A stretch of DNA of 64,000 nt from an uncultured Bacteroides sp. (GTDB taxonomy: Bacteria; Bacteroidota; Bacteroidia; Bacteroidales; Muribaculaceae), in contig CAZDVP010000001.1 of the NCBI GenBank assembly GCA_964508865.1, forward strand, positions 626 to 64,625, in the 5' to 3' direction. Within the stretch, counting starts at the first letter, position 1, and every line of letters starts with the position of its first letter. Under the pieces are notes generated by a model. The model was given only the letters and a program-made list of their open reading frames with translations. It made no database searches and was not told where the DNA came from. Below, in pieces: positions 33,359-42,379 of the stretch. The translations under genes and the position numbers were made by a program.

Positions 33359-33518
33359 TTTTAATAAAATATCTACAATATTGATATTAAGAGTGTTACA
33401 AAATAATAAAAAGAGGTTCGTTATTAAGCCATCTTAAACACTCTGGTCTTAAAAATGTGCCTGGGTGAAACAATGCTCCAGCAGTTTCTCTATTCTTCAG
33501 AAAACAAGGCTGTTTACA

Positions 33519-34841
33519 ATGATAACATCCACTAAAGACGAAAAATTACTGGAGTTGCTGGAAAGTATTTATCGTACCAGCAAGCGCACCATACAGGATT
33601 ATACGCATGAAATCGACAGACACTGCCGATTCAAATCTTCGTATCGACATCTCAAAAATGGAACAGTGCTCGATGATAGGGCGCGGTTAATTGATCTTTT
33701 CGATGCTTGTGTGCAACAGGACGCACACCTTGCAGCTGTACTTGAAACGCTGTACTCTCAAATTTTAGGGGAGCGTTATATGCTGGCAAGACAAAATGAA
33801 AAGGGTCGTTATGTAAAAGATGTTGAAGCAACTAAGAAAGTGCAGGGTACTCAGTTTATTAAAATTATCCGAGGTATCGTAGAATCGAAGTTATATGGTT
33901 ACACCGGCATTTATATCTCTCCAGAGATTGATCCTCGAACTGGTAAACTGAAGGAAGTAACTCTGATAGAGCGTCGTAATATTTTACCTGACCAGCGTCG
34001 TATTGTTCAGAGGCAGAGTATCTGGTCTCCGGGTTGGGATTTGGATGACCCAAAATATTCCGACTATTATATTTTGATTAACAATGGTGATTTGGGTTGC
34101 TTCTCTGCTACCACGCCATTGATTCTGGCAAAGAAGTTTACAATGGCTAACTATGTGAACTTTTCCCATACTTACGGACAGCCTATTATTCATGGGAAGA
34201 CAGAATCAGATAATAGTAATGACAGAAAACGCTTGGCAAATGATATAGCCGGTGCCGCTCAGAATAAGGTTATTGTAACCGGGCTTAACGACAGCGTGGA
34301 TATTAAAACCTTCACAATGTCTAATTCAGAGCGCATTTTTACCGGTTTGATAGGTCTGGTTGATAAGGATGTTTCCAACCTTATTCTTGGTTCTGAGTCA
34401 ATGGCCGGTGCCACTCAATCTTATGTAGGTGCCACTCGTGCTCACGAAAATATATTCCGAGATCGAGTAGAGGTGTACCGGGATTACATTGAACTTGTGA
34501 TGAATGAGGAAGTTATACCTCGTTTAGTCAAAATGGGCTACATTGAGGCCGGTTTGGAGTTCAAATATACCAAGCGAATTGAAATGTCAGACGATGACCG
34601 TATTAAACTCTTCCAGGTTATTGGCACACAATGGGAAATGGAGCCTGACACTATCGAACAGGAATTTGGCATCAAGGTGAAGCGTCAGTTGAATGTTGAT
34701 ACTGGAGTTGGTGCTGGTGGTGATGTTTCCGGAGATGGGTACGATAGACATAGCACTCGACACCTGACAGATGAAGAGTATTATCGTCGATACGGTCATG
34801 CTCGTGGTACGAAAAATTTTCTAATGGAGAGGGAGCTTTAA
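33519..34841 (+). CDS. portal protein (Mu gp29/DUF935-like)
   Basis: About 440 aa, first gene of the structural block and followed by a Mu-F-like gene. The ATG is at 33519; the track ORF starts with GTG at 33465. Confidence 0.6.
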   Translation: MITSTKDEKLLELLESIYRTSKRTIQDYTHEIDRHCRFKSSYRHLKNGTVLDDRARLIDLFDACVQQDAHLAAVLETLYSQILGERYMLARQNEKGRYVKDVEATKKVQGTQFIKIIRGIVESKLYGYTGIYISPEIDPRTGKLKEVTLIERRNILPDQRRIVQRQSIWSPGWDLDDPKYSDYYILINNGDLGCFSATTPLILAKKFTMANYVNFSHTYGQPIIHGKTESDNSNDRKRLANDIAGAAQNKVIVTGLNDSVDIKTFTMSNSERIFTGLIGLVDKDVSNLILGSESMAGATQSYVGATRAHENIFRDRVEVYRDYIELVMNEEVIPRLVKMGYIEAGLEFKYTKRIEMSDDDRIKLFQVIGTQWEMEPDTIEQEFGIKVKRQLNVDTGVGAGGDVSGDGYDRHSTRHLTDEEYYRRYGHARGTKNFLMEREL

Positions 34842-34864
34842 GTCCGGTTCGCCTCTCCGAAGTA

Positions 34865-35722
34865 TTGGCTCAAAGAAAGCCTGAAAAGGACGAAGAAAAG
34901 CATAAAGAAGAAGTAGCAGCTCTGGTTGTTTTGTTCCGTCAGCTCATTGAATCCATGCGTGAAGAGGATGGTGAACTGGAGAACTTAGAAGAACTTATGG
35001 AGGCTCGTGCTGATTTTGCAATTCGTCATGCTCTTAATGGTTTCGGACTTTCTTATGATGAAGCCATAAAACTCATTCAGAATGAAGATGATCTTCCTGA
35101 TGAATTGAAAGTGCAGCGTGATATAGTAATTGCAGCTGTTGATAATCTGGTTGACTTTGCTGTAGCGGAAGAGTACCAAATGACCAATGACCTCCCAGAC
35201 ATTGAGGAACTATCAGAGGATGGTATGTCTGAAGATGAAATTTGGGAGGAATTAGAAGTCGTGTTTAGTAAATACAATGACCGATATGCTATGGTTGAGA
35301 ATATGGATATTGAGTATGCGATGATAGTCGCTGCTTATCTCTCGGCCATGAAAGAGCAGACAGTTCTGACTTATATGACAATGGGCGATGAACGTGTGCG
35401 CCCTTGGCACTTGCAATATGAAGGATTCACAGCACCAAAATCATCATTCCCTGAATGGTTGATTCCTCCGATTGAGCATGGGTGCAGATGTTTCCTTGTA
35501 GAAGACACCGTTGGCAATATGTCCTCTGGCATCATGGCATCATCTGGTGAAATTCCAGTTCGTCCGGATTGGTTTAATCCTACATTCAAAGAAAGCGTCG
35601 CAAAGGGTGGCAGAATCTTTTCTGATGAACATCCCTATTTCCAAATTGATGAGAAGCATTTGAAAAAGCTGACAAAGATAGCCAATCGCATCAAACAAAA
35701 GTATTTGAATGGCACGAAGTAG
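34865..35722 (+). CDS. head morphogenesis protein (Mu F / SPP1 gp7 family)
   Basis: MGDERVRPWHLQYEGF...WLIPPIEHGCRCFLVE matches the Mu-F motif (R..H...PP..CRC). The track start is TTG, so the true start is uncertain. Confidence 0.75.
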   Translation: MAQRKPEKDEEKHKEEVAALVVLFRQLIESMREEDGELENLEELMEARADFAIRHALNGFGLSYDEAIKLIQNEDDLPDELKVQRDIVIAAVDNLVDFAVAEEYQMTNDLPDIEELSEDGMSEDEIWEELEVVFSKYNDRYAMVENMDIEYAMIVAAYLSAMKEQTVLTYMTMGDERVRPWHLQYEGFTAPKSSFPEWLIPPIEHGCRCFLVEDTVGNMSSGIMASSGEIPVRPDWFNPTFKESVAKGGRIFSDEHPYFQIDEKHLKKLTKIANRIKQKYLNGTK

Positions 35723-36224
35723 AAGTGGTATTCAGCTTACTCCTCAACAATTCAATCTTATGTGGATTAACGCTCCACACAGATTGAACTTGGCCTTATG
35801 GAATTTTGAGGTAGAGGTTGGTAAGTCAGTAGTCTCAATTTTCAAAGATAGCTTCACTAAGAAGGCGTGGAAAGGCAAAGCGTGGGCACCGAGATCAAAG
35901 AATACTCGTGGTTCACACCCATTGCTGGATGAAACCGGAACGCTTAAAAATTCTATCAAATGGAAACTGTTGGGGAGCGGCGTTGGCAAATCTAAAGGAG
36001 TCCGCATTTACACCGACCCTTCAGCTTTTGGGGGCGCGGCAAGGCATCCTGGTTTTTGCTATGCCGCAGTTCATAATCAAGGATTACCATTTTTGGCATT
36101 TGGGAAACACCCCATGAATATGCCTCAAAGACAATTCATGGGAGATGATAGTGGAGAAGTCAATTTGCAAATTAGGACTTTGACAAATAAGTATTTACAC
36201 ATTAGACATATCGCTCATAAATGA
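35709..36224 (+). CDS. virion morphogenesis protein (Mu G-like)
   Basis: 171 aa. The call rests on its position after the Mu-F gene and on the pattern WAPRSKNTRGSHPLLDETGTLKNSI. Confidence 0.45.
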   Translation: MARSRSGIQLTPQQFNLMWINAPHRLNLALWNFEVEVGKSVVSIFKDSFTKKAWKGKAWAPRSKNTRGSHPLLDETGTLKNSIKWKLLGSGVGKSKGVRIYTDPSAFGGAARHPGFCYAAVHNQGLPFLAFGKHPMNMPQRQFMGDDSGEVNLQIRTLTNKYLHIRHIAHK

Positions 36225-36958
36225 TTATTGATAAACATTCACCTCAGAAGCCGGTTAAGCCCGAAGTAGAAGAAACTGTTCCTGTTGAGGTAACAGAAGA
36301 GCCGGTTTTGTCTGAAATTCAAGAGTTGGTAAGAACTAACCCTATGATTGAAGCGTATAAGGCCGTCCGGAAAATTCTCGAAGGTATTAAACGAAATCCT
36401 GACGATCCCAACAGCCCCCCATTATTTCGTACTATCAAGTTGGACAATGGGCAACTTGCTCGTATCAAGGGTTCAAAACTAAATAGAGAATATGGCATTG
36501 CGTTTCCGGCAGTCTTTATTCACTATATAAATGTGTATTATAACGTAGGTACCTCAAAAATATCTGAGGGTAAAGGTACTATGCGAATACACTATGTACT
36601 TAATCGCCTGAACAACAGTGATGATGAAGACGAAACAGAAGGCTTGCGTGTGTATGACCAAATCGTATCTGCTATTGAGGCCAATAAGAGTCAATTCCCA
36701 GCATTAGTTCAGAGATTCCAACTGGAATACTGGGACCAGCCTTTGTCTTTTGATGATGGACTTCAGCCATACTGGATTGACTATCAAATATGGTTCCAGA
36801 ACTTTTCGGCTTATCAGTATAAAGATTATGTCGATGTTTATGTTACTGCTCCGCCGTTTACGCAACCCAGTGACCAGAATGAAATCGCCAATCCGAATAA
36901 TACTCCGAATTATGAAGATCCCAAATTTGAGGATTTGGTTGGCTTTGATGAGCCGTAG
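36221..36958 (+). CDS. hypothetical structural-module protein
   Basis: 245-aa ORF. Confidence 0.55.
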   Translation: MIIDKHSPQKPVKPEVEETVPVEVTEEPVLSEIQELVRTNPMIEAYKAVRKILEGIKRNPDDPNSPPLFRTIKLDNGQLARIKGSKLNREYGIAFPAVFIHYINVYYNVGTSKISEGKGTMRIHYVLNRLNNSDDEDETEGLRVYDQIVSAIEANKSQFPALVQRFQLEYWDQPLSFDDGLQPYWIDYQIWFQNFSAYQYKDYVDVYVTAPPFTQPSDQNEIANPNNTPNYEDPKFEDLVGFDEP

Positions 36959-37011
36959 TTTACCCCTTTGCAAAATCAAATTATCTATTCTTTGAAAAAG
37001 CAATGATGTAA

Positions 37012-38280
37012 ATGGAAAAAGAACAACTGAAACATATTGTCGGCAGCTATGAATCTGGTAAGCCGGCTGTGATTCGCTTCTTTGGCTCCGTAAATTCAGA
37101 ATCTGTACAGCAGTTTAATGCGGAGTTTTCATATCTGGTAGATTATGTTAAGCCTTCAAAAATAATCGTGATGATCAATTCTGAAGGTGGTAGCGTGATT
37201 TACGGAATGAGCGTCTTTTCCCTCATCCAGTCTTGTCCTATTGAGGTAGATTGTATTGTTGAGGGTATTGCGGCTTCTATGGGAAGCATCATTTGGGCTG
37301 CTGGTGATAATCTATTCATGCACGATTATTCGCTTTTGATGATCCACAATCCCTTTAATAGTTGGTCATCTGATGAAAGCGAAAATACAAAAGTAACAGT
37401 AGAGGCTTTCCGTAGCCAATTGGAGACCATCTACAGAAAACGCTTTGGCATGACTAAAGAGCAGGTCAAGGACATTATGGATGGTGCCGAAGGCGTAGAT
37501 GGCTCTTGGTTCACTGCCAAAGATGCTATTAAGGCTGGATTTCTCAGCTCTGAGAATGTAATCAAGACCTCTAAGCAGGTTCGTGATAAAGTTAAAAATC
37601 AAATTGACGGAGTAAGCAATGCTTCTTCCCTACGTGACATTATGACGGCTGTTTCGGCTGAGATTGATGAAAATAAACTTCTCGGTGAAGTTATGGCTAT
37701 TCATAATCGAACAGATAATAAAACCCAAACAGAACCAAAAGTAATGGAAAAAGAGAACGAAACTCCCATTTTCGATGCTATTTCCGCACAGCTTGGATTC
37801 TCGAAGGATGCTCAGATGACAGCCGTTTCTGCGAGAATTGCAGAACTGCTCAAAGCCGAAACCGAACTTGCTTCAGTAAAGGCTGATTACGATGCTCTGA
37901 AGATTGACTTCAAGGCAAAGGAAGCAGAGCTAACTAACGTCAACAGCAAACTCACAGAAACCGAAGCCTCGCTCAAAAAGTATCAGGACGCAGAAGCTGC
38001 TGCGTTTGAGGCCAAAATTGTAGCCCTCGTTGAAGAGGCTATCAAGGCCGGTAAAATTGAGGATTCTGCAAAGGCCGACTGGATTGAAATGGCCCGTGGC
38101 AATTTCGACCGTGTTCAGTCAGTCCTTGCATCAATTCATGGCCGCGATGACATTGCTGCTAAGATTGCCGATGATCCTGAAAACAAGGAGCAGATCGACG
38201 CAACCCTCAAAACCGTTGAGGAGCAGGCAAAGGAAAAGATTAAAGCGGTACTCGGCGATTTCAAACTTCAGAAATTTTAA
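37012..38280 (+). CDS. ClpP-family prohead protease fused to scaffold-like coiled coil
   Basis: The N-terminus has INSEGGSVIYGMSVFSLI...AASMGSII (S14 ClpP pattern). The C-terminal 200 aa are Ala/Glu/Lys-rich coiled coil. Confidence 0.8.
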   Translation: MEKEQLKHIVGSYESGKPAVIRFFGSVNSESVQQFNAEFSYLVDYVKPSKIIVMINSEGGSVIYGMSVFSLIQSCPIEVDCIVEGIAASMGSIIWAAGDNLFMHDYSLLMIHNPFNSWSSDESENTKVTVEAFRSQLETIYRKRFGMTKEQVKDIMDGAEGVDGSWFTAKDAIKAGFLSSENVIKTSKQVRDKVKNQIDGVSNASSLRDIMTAVSAEIDENKLLGEVMAIHNRTDNKTQTEPKVMEKENETPIFDAISAQLGFSKDAQMTAVSARIAELLKAETELASVKADYDALKIDFKAKEAELTNVNSKLTETEASLKKYQDAEAAAFEAKIVALVEEAIKAGKIEDSAKADWIEMARGNFDRVQSVLASIHGRDDIAAKIADDPENKEQIDATLKTVEEQAKEKIKAVLGDFKLQKF

Positions 38281-38292
38281 TCTTGACCAATA

Positions 38293-39408
38293 ATGGCAAC
38301 AATTCATTTCGCAAGTAACACTTATGCCGGTGAAGTCCTTGAAGATCTGCTTCTTTATACAGCTCATGGCAATGACACCTATGAAGAGGGACTTATCCAT
38401 ATTAAGCCCGGCATCCAGAAACGTCTTGTGCTTCCCCACATCGAGCTGGGCGACATCGTACAGGACAATGTAGCAACCCCTAAATCTCCCGGCAGTGTCG
38501 GTGCAGAAGGTGCAGCCGACGATGAAACCGGTTTCAACCAGTATAAACATTCCGAGCGTTATCTCGACCCCCAGGATTTTATGATCTATGTCGAGTTCAA
38601 TCCTCGTGACTATGAGGAATACTGGCGACCCTTCCAGCCCGAAGGCCCTCTGGTTTTCCGTGAGCTGGCTCCGGAAGTACAGGCAAAGATGCTCCATCTA
38701 CTCATCGACAAAAAGGATCAGTACATCAACGACTCTATCTGGGGTTCTCGTAAGGGTGGTGCAGATACCACTAAAGTCACCGGTCCCACTAATGGCACAG
38801 TTCTTGGTGGCCGCACTTCCGGTGGTAAGATGAAGTATTTCGATGGCGCGGTTATGCGTGTGCTTAACAACATCGCTACAAATGCTTCCAAAGAGGAAAA
38901 GGCTTCGGGTCAGGTTGTTCTGGCCGGTAACACTGAGATTACCACCGGTGCTCAGGTAGAAGCCGCTCTTTATGCCATTTGGATGAAATGTCCTAAGCAC
39001 GTCCGCAAATCGAAGAAACTGAAATTCGTCATGGGCTGGGATCTATGGGATCTTTACGACCAGTATCTCACCGCCAAAGACGTGAAGTACACCGAGAATA
39101 CCGACGTTAACCGCCGTCGTTTCAAGGGCAAGCAGATTGTCGTAATTGACGGTATGCCGGAATCTACCATCTTCCTTGGCCGTTTCAGTAAAGAGATGGA
39201 TTCCTGCCTGTGGATGTCGGTTGACTATGCAACTGATCAGGAATCAGTGAAAGTAGCTCCCCTTCAAAACAACTCTGAGCTGTGGTTCTTCCAGATGCGA
39301 ATGAAGATGGACGTGAACATTGTTCTGCCCTCTGAAATCGTTTGCTGGACAGCGTATAAAAACGTTGAGACCGTTCAGGGTGGAGACCAGGGCGGTGGTC
39401 AAGGCTAA
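38293..39408 (+). CDS. major capsid protein
   Basis: 371 aa, immediately after the protease/scaffold gene and followed by a strong terminator. Confidence 0.7.
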   Translation: MATIHFASNTYAGEVLEDLLLYTAHGNDTYEEGLIHIKPGIQKRLVLPHIELGDIVQDNVATPKSPGSVGAEGAADDETGFNQYKHSERYLDPQDFMIYVEFNPRDYEEYWRPFQPEGPLVFRELAPEVQAKMLHLLIDKKDQYINDSIWGSRKGGADTTKVTGPTNGTVLGGRTSGGKMKYFDGAVMRVLNNIATNASKEEKASGQVVLAGNTEITTGAQVEAALYAIWMKCPKHVRKSKKLKFVMGWDLWDLYDQYLTAKDVKYTENTDVNRRRFKGKQIVVIDGMPESTIFLGRFSKEMDSCLWMSVDYATDQESVKVAPLQNNSELWFFQMRMKMDVNIVLPSEIVCWTAYKNVETVQGGDQGGGQG

Positions 39409-39448
39409 GGCGGCGGAGACTAATTCAATCTGCTACTAATGTATAACC

Positions 39449-39474
39449 GGGGAGTGGAGATGGACTCCGCTCCC
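39449..39474 (+). terminator. intrinsic terminator after capsid gene
   Basis: A gggagtggag/ctccgctccc stem with one mismatch, followed by tatttt. Confidence 0.55.
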
Positions 39475-39494
39475 TATTTTAATTTCAATCCGTT

Positions 39495-39764
39495 ATGGCA
39501 AAAGTAAAGTCTGAAAAAATTGCCGAGGAACAGAATGTTCCGAGTGCAACTGAACAAGGTGAAGAGACCCCCAAAGCTCCGGAGGTTGCTTCGGAAGATA
39601 AAGTTGAAGTTGAGATTCCTGAAACTGTAAAACAGATCTTGAAGCTCTACCCGAATATGAAAGAGTTGTATATTGACACAAAGGGAGGTGTGTACACCAA
39701 ATCTGCCCCTGCCCAGATTGTCAAAGGATTGACTCTTTATAAGAATCCGTATTTCAAACAGTAA
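39495..39764 (+). CDS. hypothetical head-associated protein
   Basis: 89-aa ORF with an acidic N-terminus. Confidence 0.5.
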   Translation: MAKVKSEKIAEEQNVPSATEQGEETPKAPEVASEDKVEVEIPETVKQILKLYPNMKELYIDTKGGVYTKSAPAQIVKGLTLYKNPYFKQ

Positions 39765-39778
39765 TTCTATAAACGATA

Positions 39779-41110
39779 ATGGCTTTAGGAAATGTTTTTA
39801 TGAAGGACACAGACGGTAACATTGGTTCTCAGATTGTGAACCTTACCGAAAAAGTCTGTGGTCTGGTCTTTGACATTTCAGCTCAGTCTAACTTCTGGAC
39901 AACTGGACAGGGTGCTGAAATCTCTGAAACTTGGAAAGACCAAATTATCGAACTGAATAGCCTGAAAGATGCAGAGGATCTCGGCATTACTCCTTATACC
40001 GGAGAGGTGTCGGAAGAGGACAGTACCAGTAAAGATCTCCTTGCTGGAATCCCTTACTATCACATCAAGCAGTTCTTCGGTCAGGCCGGTGGCAGCGGAC
40101 GTTTGTTCGTCATGTTTGCTGATTGTTCTTCAAACTGGAACGCTATTTTGGATATGCAACGTGCTGCCAATGGCATAATCAACCAGTTTGGCGTTTGGAC
40201 TGAACAGTGCCTCTGGAAGAAGATGGATGCTTCAGCAACCACTTACACTTGTGCAATTGTTGGCGATCTCCAGTCAATTGCAGAACAGATGGCTAATGAT
40301 TACTTTGCTCCTGCTTGTATTCTGCTGAGTGCAAATACTTCTAAGGTAATCACCGCTTCGGGTAAGTCGGACAAGATTGTGTTCAGCGAGATCCCCACCT
40401 GTATTCTCGATGCTCGCTATGTGAGTGTATTGCTCTCTCAGTCTATGGACACAGAGGTTAAACAAATGCAAGCCTCTCTGACTTCCACTACCCCTGTTGG
40501 TGTGGTCGGCCTTGCACTTGGCACACTCACTACTATCAGTGTTGGCGAGAGTCTTGCATGGGTTGAACGATGTGACATCGTAAACTATGTGCCGGCTGTC
40601 GAGATGGGCTTCGGGGATTCTACTATTGAAAATGGCGTACTCAAAAACGCCACTTCATACTCGGCACTTACCCGTTATCAGCTGGATGACCTTGATGATA
40701 AGGGCTATATCTTCATGCGTACCTACGAGGGCCTTGAAGGTCATGTGTACTTTACCAAAGACCGCTCTTGCTCTAACGGTGACTATTGCACCATAGCTCG
40801 CAACCGTGCAATCAATAAGTCTCGCCGTCTTGTTCGTACTGCACTTTTGCCTCGTGTGAACTCGCCTATCAAAGTGGATCCGGCAAACGGCAATCTTTCT
40901 GCCGCTCAGGTGACGGTGTTCACCAATCTCATAACTGATGCTCTTCAGACTATGGCAACTGCTGAAGAGATTAGCAGCATTGGCACAGTTACAGTACCGG
41001 CTGCACAGAATATTCTACGCACTAAGACGCTAAAGCTCTATTATACGCTCATTCCTCTTGGCTGTGCCGAGGAAATTCGCGTTGAGGAAGGTCTGGCTAT
41101 CAGTCGCTAA
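39779..41110 (+). CDS. tail sheath protein (by position and size)
   Basis: 443 aa, directly upstream of the tube-sized gene, the chaperone and the tape measure. Confidence 0.55.
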   Translation: MALGNVFMKDTDGNIGSQIVNLTEKVCGLVFDISAQSNFWTTGQGAEISETWKDQIIELNSLKDAEDLGITPYTGEVSEEDSTSKDLLAGIPYYHIKQFFGQAGGSGRLFVMFADCSSNWNAILDMQRAANGIINQFGVWTEQCLWKKMDASATTYTCAIVGDLQSIAEQMANDYFAPACILLSANTSKVITASGKSDKIVFSEIPTCILDARYVSVLLSQSMDTEVKQMQASLTSTTPVGVVGLALGTLTTISVGESLAWVERCDIVNYVPAVEMGFGDSTIENGVLKNATSYSALTRYQLDDLDDKGYIFMRTYEGLEGHVYFTKDRSCSNGDYCTIARNRAINKSRRLVRTALLPRVNSPIKVDPANGNLSAAQVTVFTNLITDALQTMATAEEISSIGTVTVPAAQNILRTKTLKLYYTLIPLGCAEEIRVEEGLAISR

Positions 41111-41122
41111 ATACGTATCACA

Positions 41123-41578
41123 ATGATTATCAATAACATCGCTTACTCCTGGTCAATGGTTGAGTTGACCGCAAAAGCACTTTCCGGATCGGATAACCCC
41201 AATCCCGAAATCCTTATGGGTGTTTCCGCACTCAAATGGAACATCGAGAAGAAAACTGAAGTGAACTACGGTCTTGGGGGTGAACCTGTCAATCGAGGCT
41301 TTGGTAACACTGTCTATACAGCCTCAATCACAATGGACTACAACACTCAGGTTCAGCTTCGTGCTCTTCGTGGCACTCTTCGCAACCTTGGTGAGTTTGA
41401 CATGGTGATTTCGTTTGCCAACGACCTGAAGGCAGATGAGATGTTTACTGAGACTATCACCCTCAAAGGCTGTTACTTTAACGAAGACGGCATGGAGGTG
41501 TCTCAGGACGATACCAACATCACTAAGGAGTTCAACCTCAACCCCTTCAAGATTGAGCTTACTACTTCTGCTGCTTAA
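41123..41578 (+). CDS. tail tube protein (by position and size)
   Basis: 151 aa, followed by a terminator hairpin. Confidence 0.5.
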   Translation: MIINNIAYSWSMVELTAKALSGSDNPNPEILMGVSALKWNIEKKTEVNYGLGGEPVNRGFGNTVYTASITMDYNTQVQLRALRGTLRNLGEFDMVISFANDLKADEMFTETITLKGCYFNEDGMEVSQDDTNITKEFNLNPFKIELTTSAA

Positions 41579-41599
41579 TCTCCATAATGGTTTGTGTCG

Positions 41600-41629
41600 G
41601 ATGCCGGGGTCAAAAATGATTCCGGCATC
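41600..41629 (+). terminator. intrinsic terminator after tube gene
   Basis: An 8-bp stem gatgccgg/ccggcatc followed by tattttatttt. Confidence 0.55.
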
Positions 41630-41711
41630 TATTTTATTTTCCAATTTTCAACCAAATCAAAAGTCAAACCTCTATTCGTAAACGTAACACTAAACTCAAA
41701 ATAACAACATT

Positions 41712-42113
41712 ATGGACACTCCTGAAGTAGACAAGATCGAAATGGGCGAAGAAATCACTCCCGAACTTCGCGCAACAATCGAGCAGACCGTAAAGGAACT
41801 CAAAGAAAAAGACTCAAAACTCAAAGCTGTTTTCCCCATCGTCATAGATGGTGATGAAGACTTCGGTGATAAGCCTCAGTATGTAGGTTACTTCCGCCGT
41901 CCTTCATATACCGCTATGAGCAAGTTTATGACTTTCGCTCAGAAAGACAACACCGCTGCTATGCGACAGCTTGCAAAGGATTGTTTCCTTGCTGGCGATC
42001 GTGAACTTGTTGATGATGACGATCTCTTCCTCTTTGGCCTGATGGGTCAGTTTAACAAAATCATAGAGATGCGTCATGGCCGTCTCATAAATTTATCGAA
42101 ACCTGGAAAGTAG
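41712..42113 (+). CDS. tail assembly chaperone (G-like, frame 0 product)
   Basis: 133 aa and acidic, immediately upstream of the tape measure. It contains the slippery heptamer. Confidence 0.6.
   Translation: MDTPEVDKIEMGEEITPELRATIEQTVKELKEKDSKLKAVFPIVIDGDEDFGDKPQYVGYFRRPSYTAMSKFMTFAQKDNTAAMRQLAKDCFLAGDRELVDDDDLFLFGLMGQFNKIIEMRHGRLINLSKPGK
42089..42095 (+). promoter_or_regulatory. -1 programmed frameshift heptamer A AAT TTA
   Basis: The X XXY YYZ pattern is in the correct register (ata aat tta). The -1 frame is open from 42056 to 42289. Confidence 0.5.
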
Positions 42114-42289
42114 ACGAAAAAGACGGTTTTCGTCAACAGTTGATTTTCATTAGGTACTACTTTCCAGGAATAGACGTTGACAGCCTATCGGATGAAGAAT
42201 TTGCCCGAATAGCTAATGATGCCGAATGGCTCCATGAGCAAGGGTTAATGTTCAAACAAGCCAATGCACTTGGTTCAATCGCTAAATGA
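42095..42289 (+). CDS. -1 frame extension of tail chaperone (GT-like product)
   Basis: Hand translation gives ...IETWKVDEKDGFRQQLIFIRYYFPGIDVDSLSDEEFARIANDAEWLHEQGLMFKQANALGSIAK*. Confidence 0.45.
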   Translation: METWKVDEKDGFRQQLIFIRYYFPGIDVDSLSDEEFARIANDAEWLHEQGLMFKQANALGSIAK

Positions 42290-42379
42290 TTAAGCCCCAT
42301 CGCCTAAAACAACGGTGATGGGGCTTTGGCTTACCCACCGTGTTTAAGGATTCTCTATTCTTTATAAAGCTCTTACAGA

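Noticed and set aside
38131-38697. 188-aa minus-strand ORF
   Set aside because: It is entirely antisense to the protease/scaffold and major capsid genes, which have strong motif and positional support.
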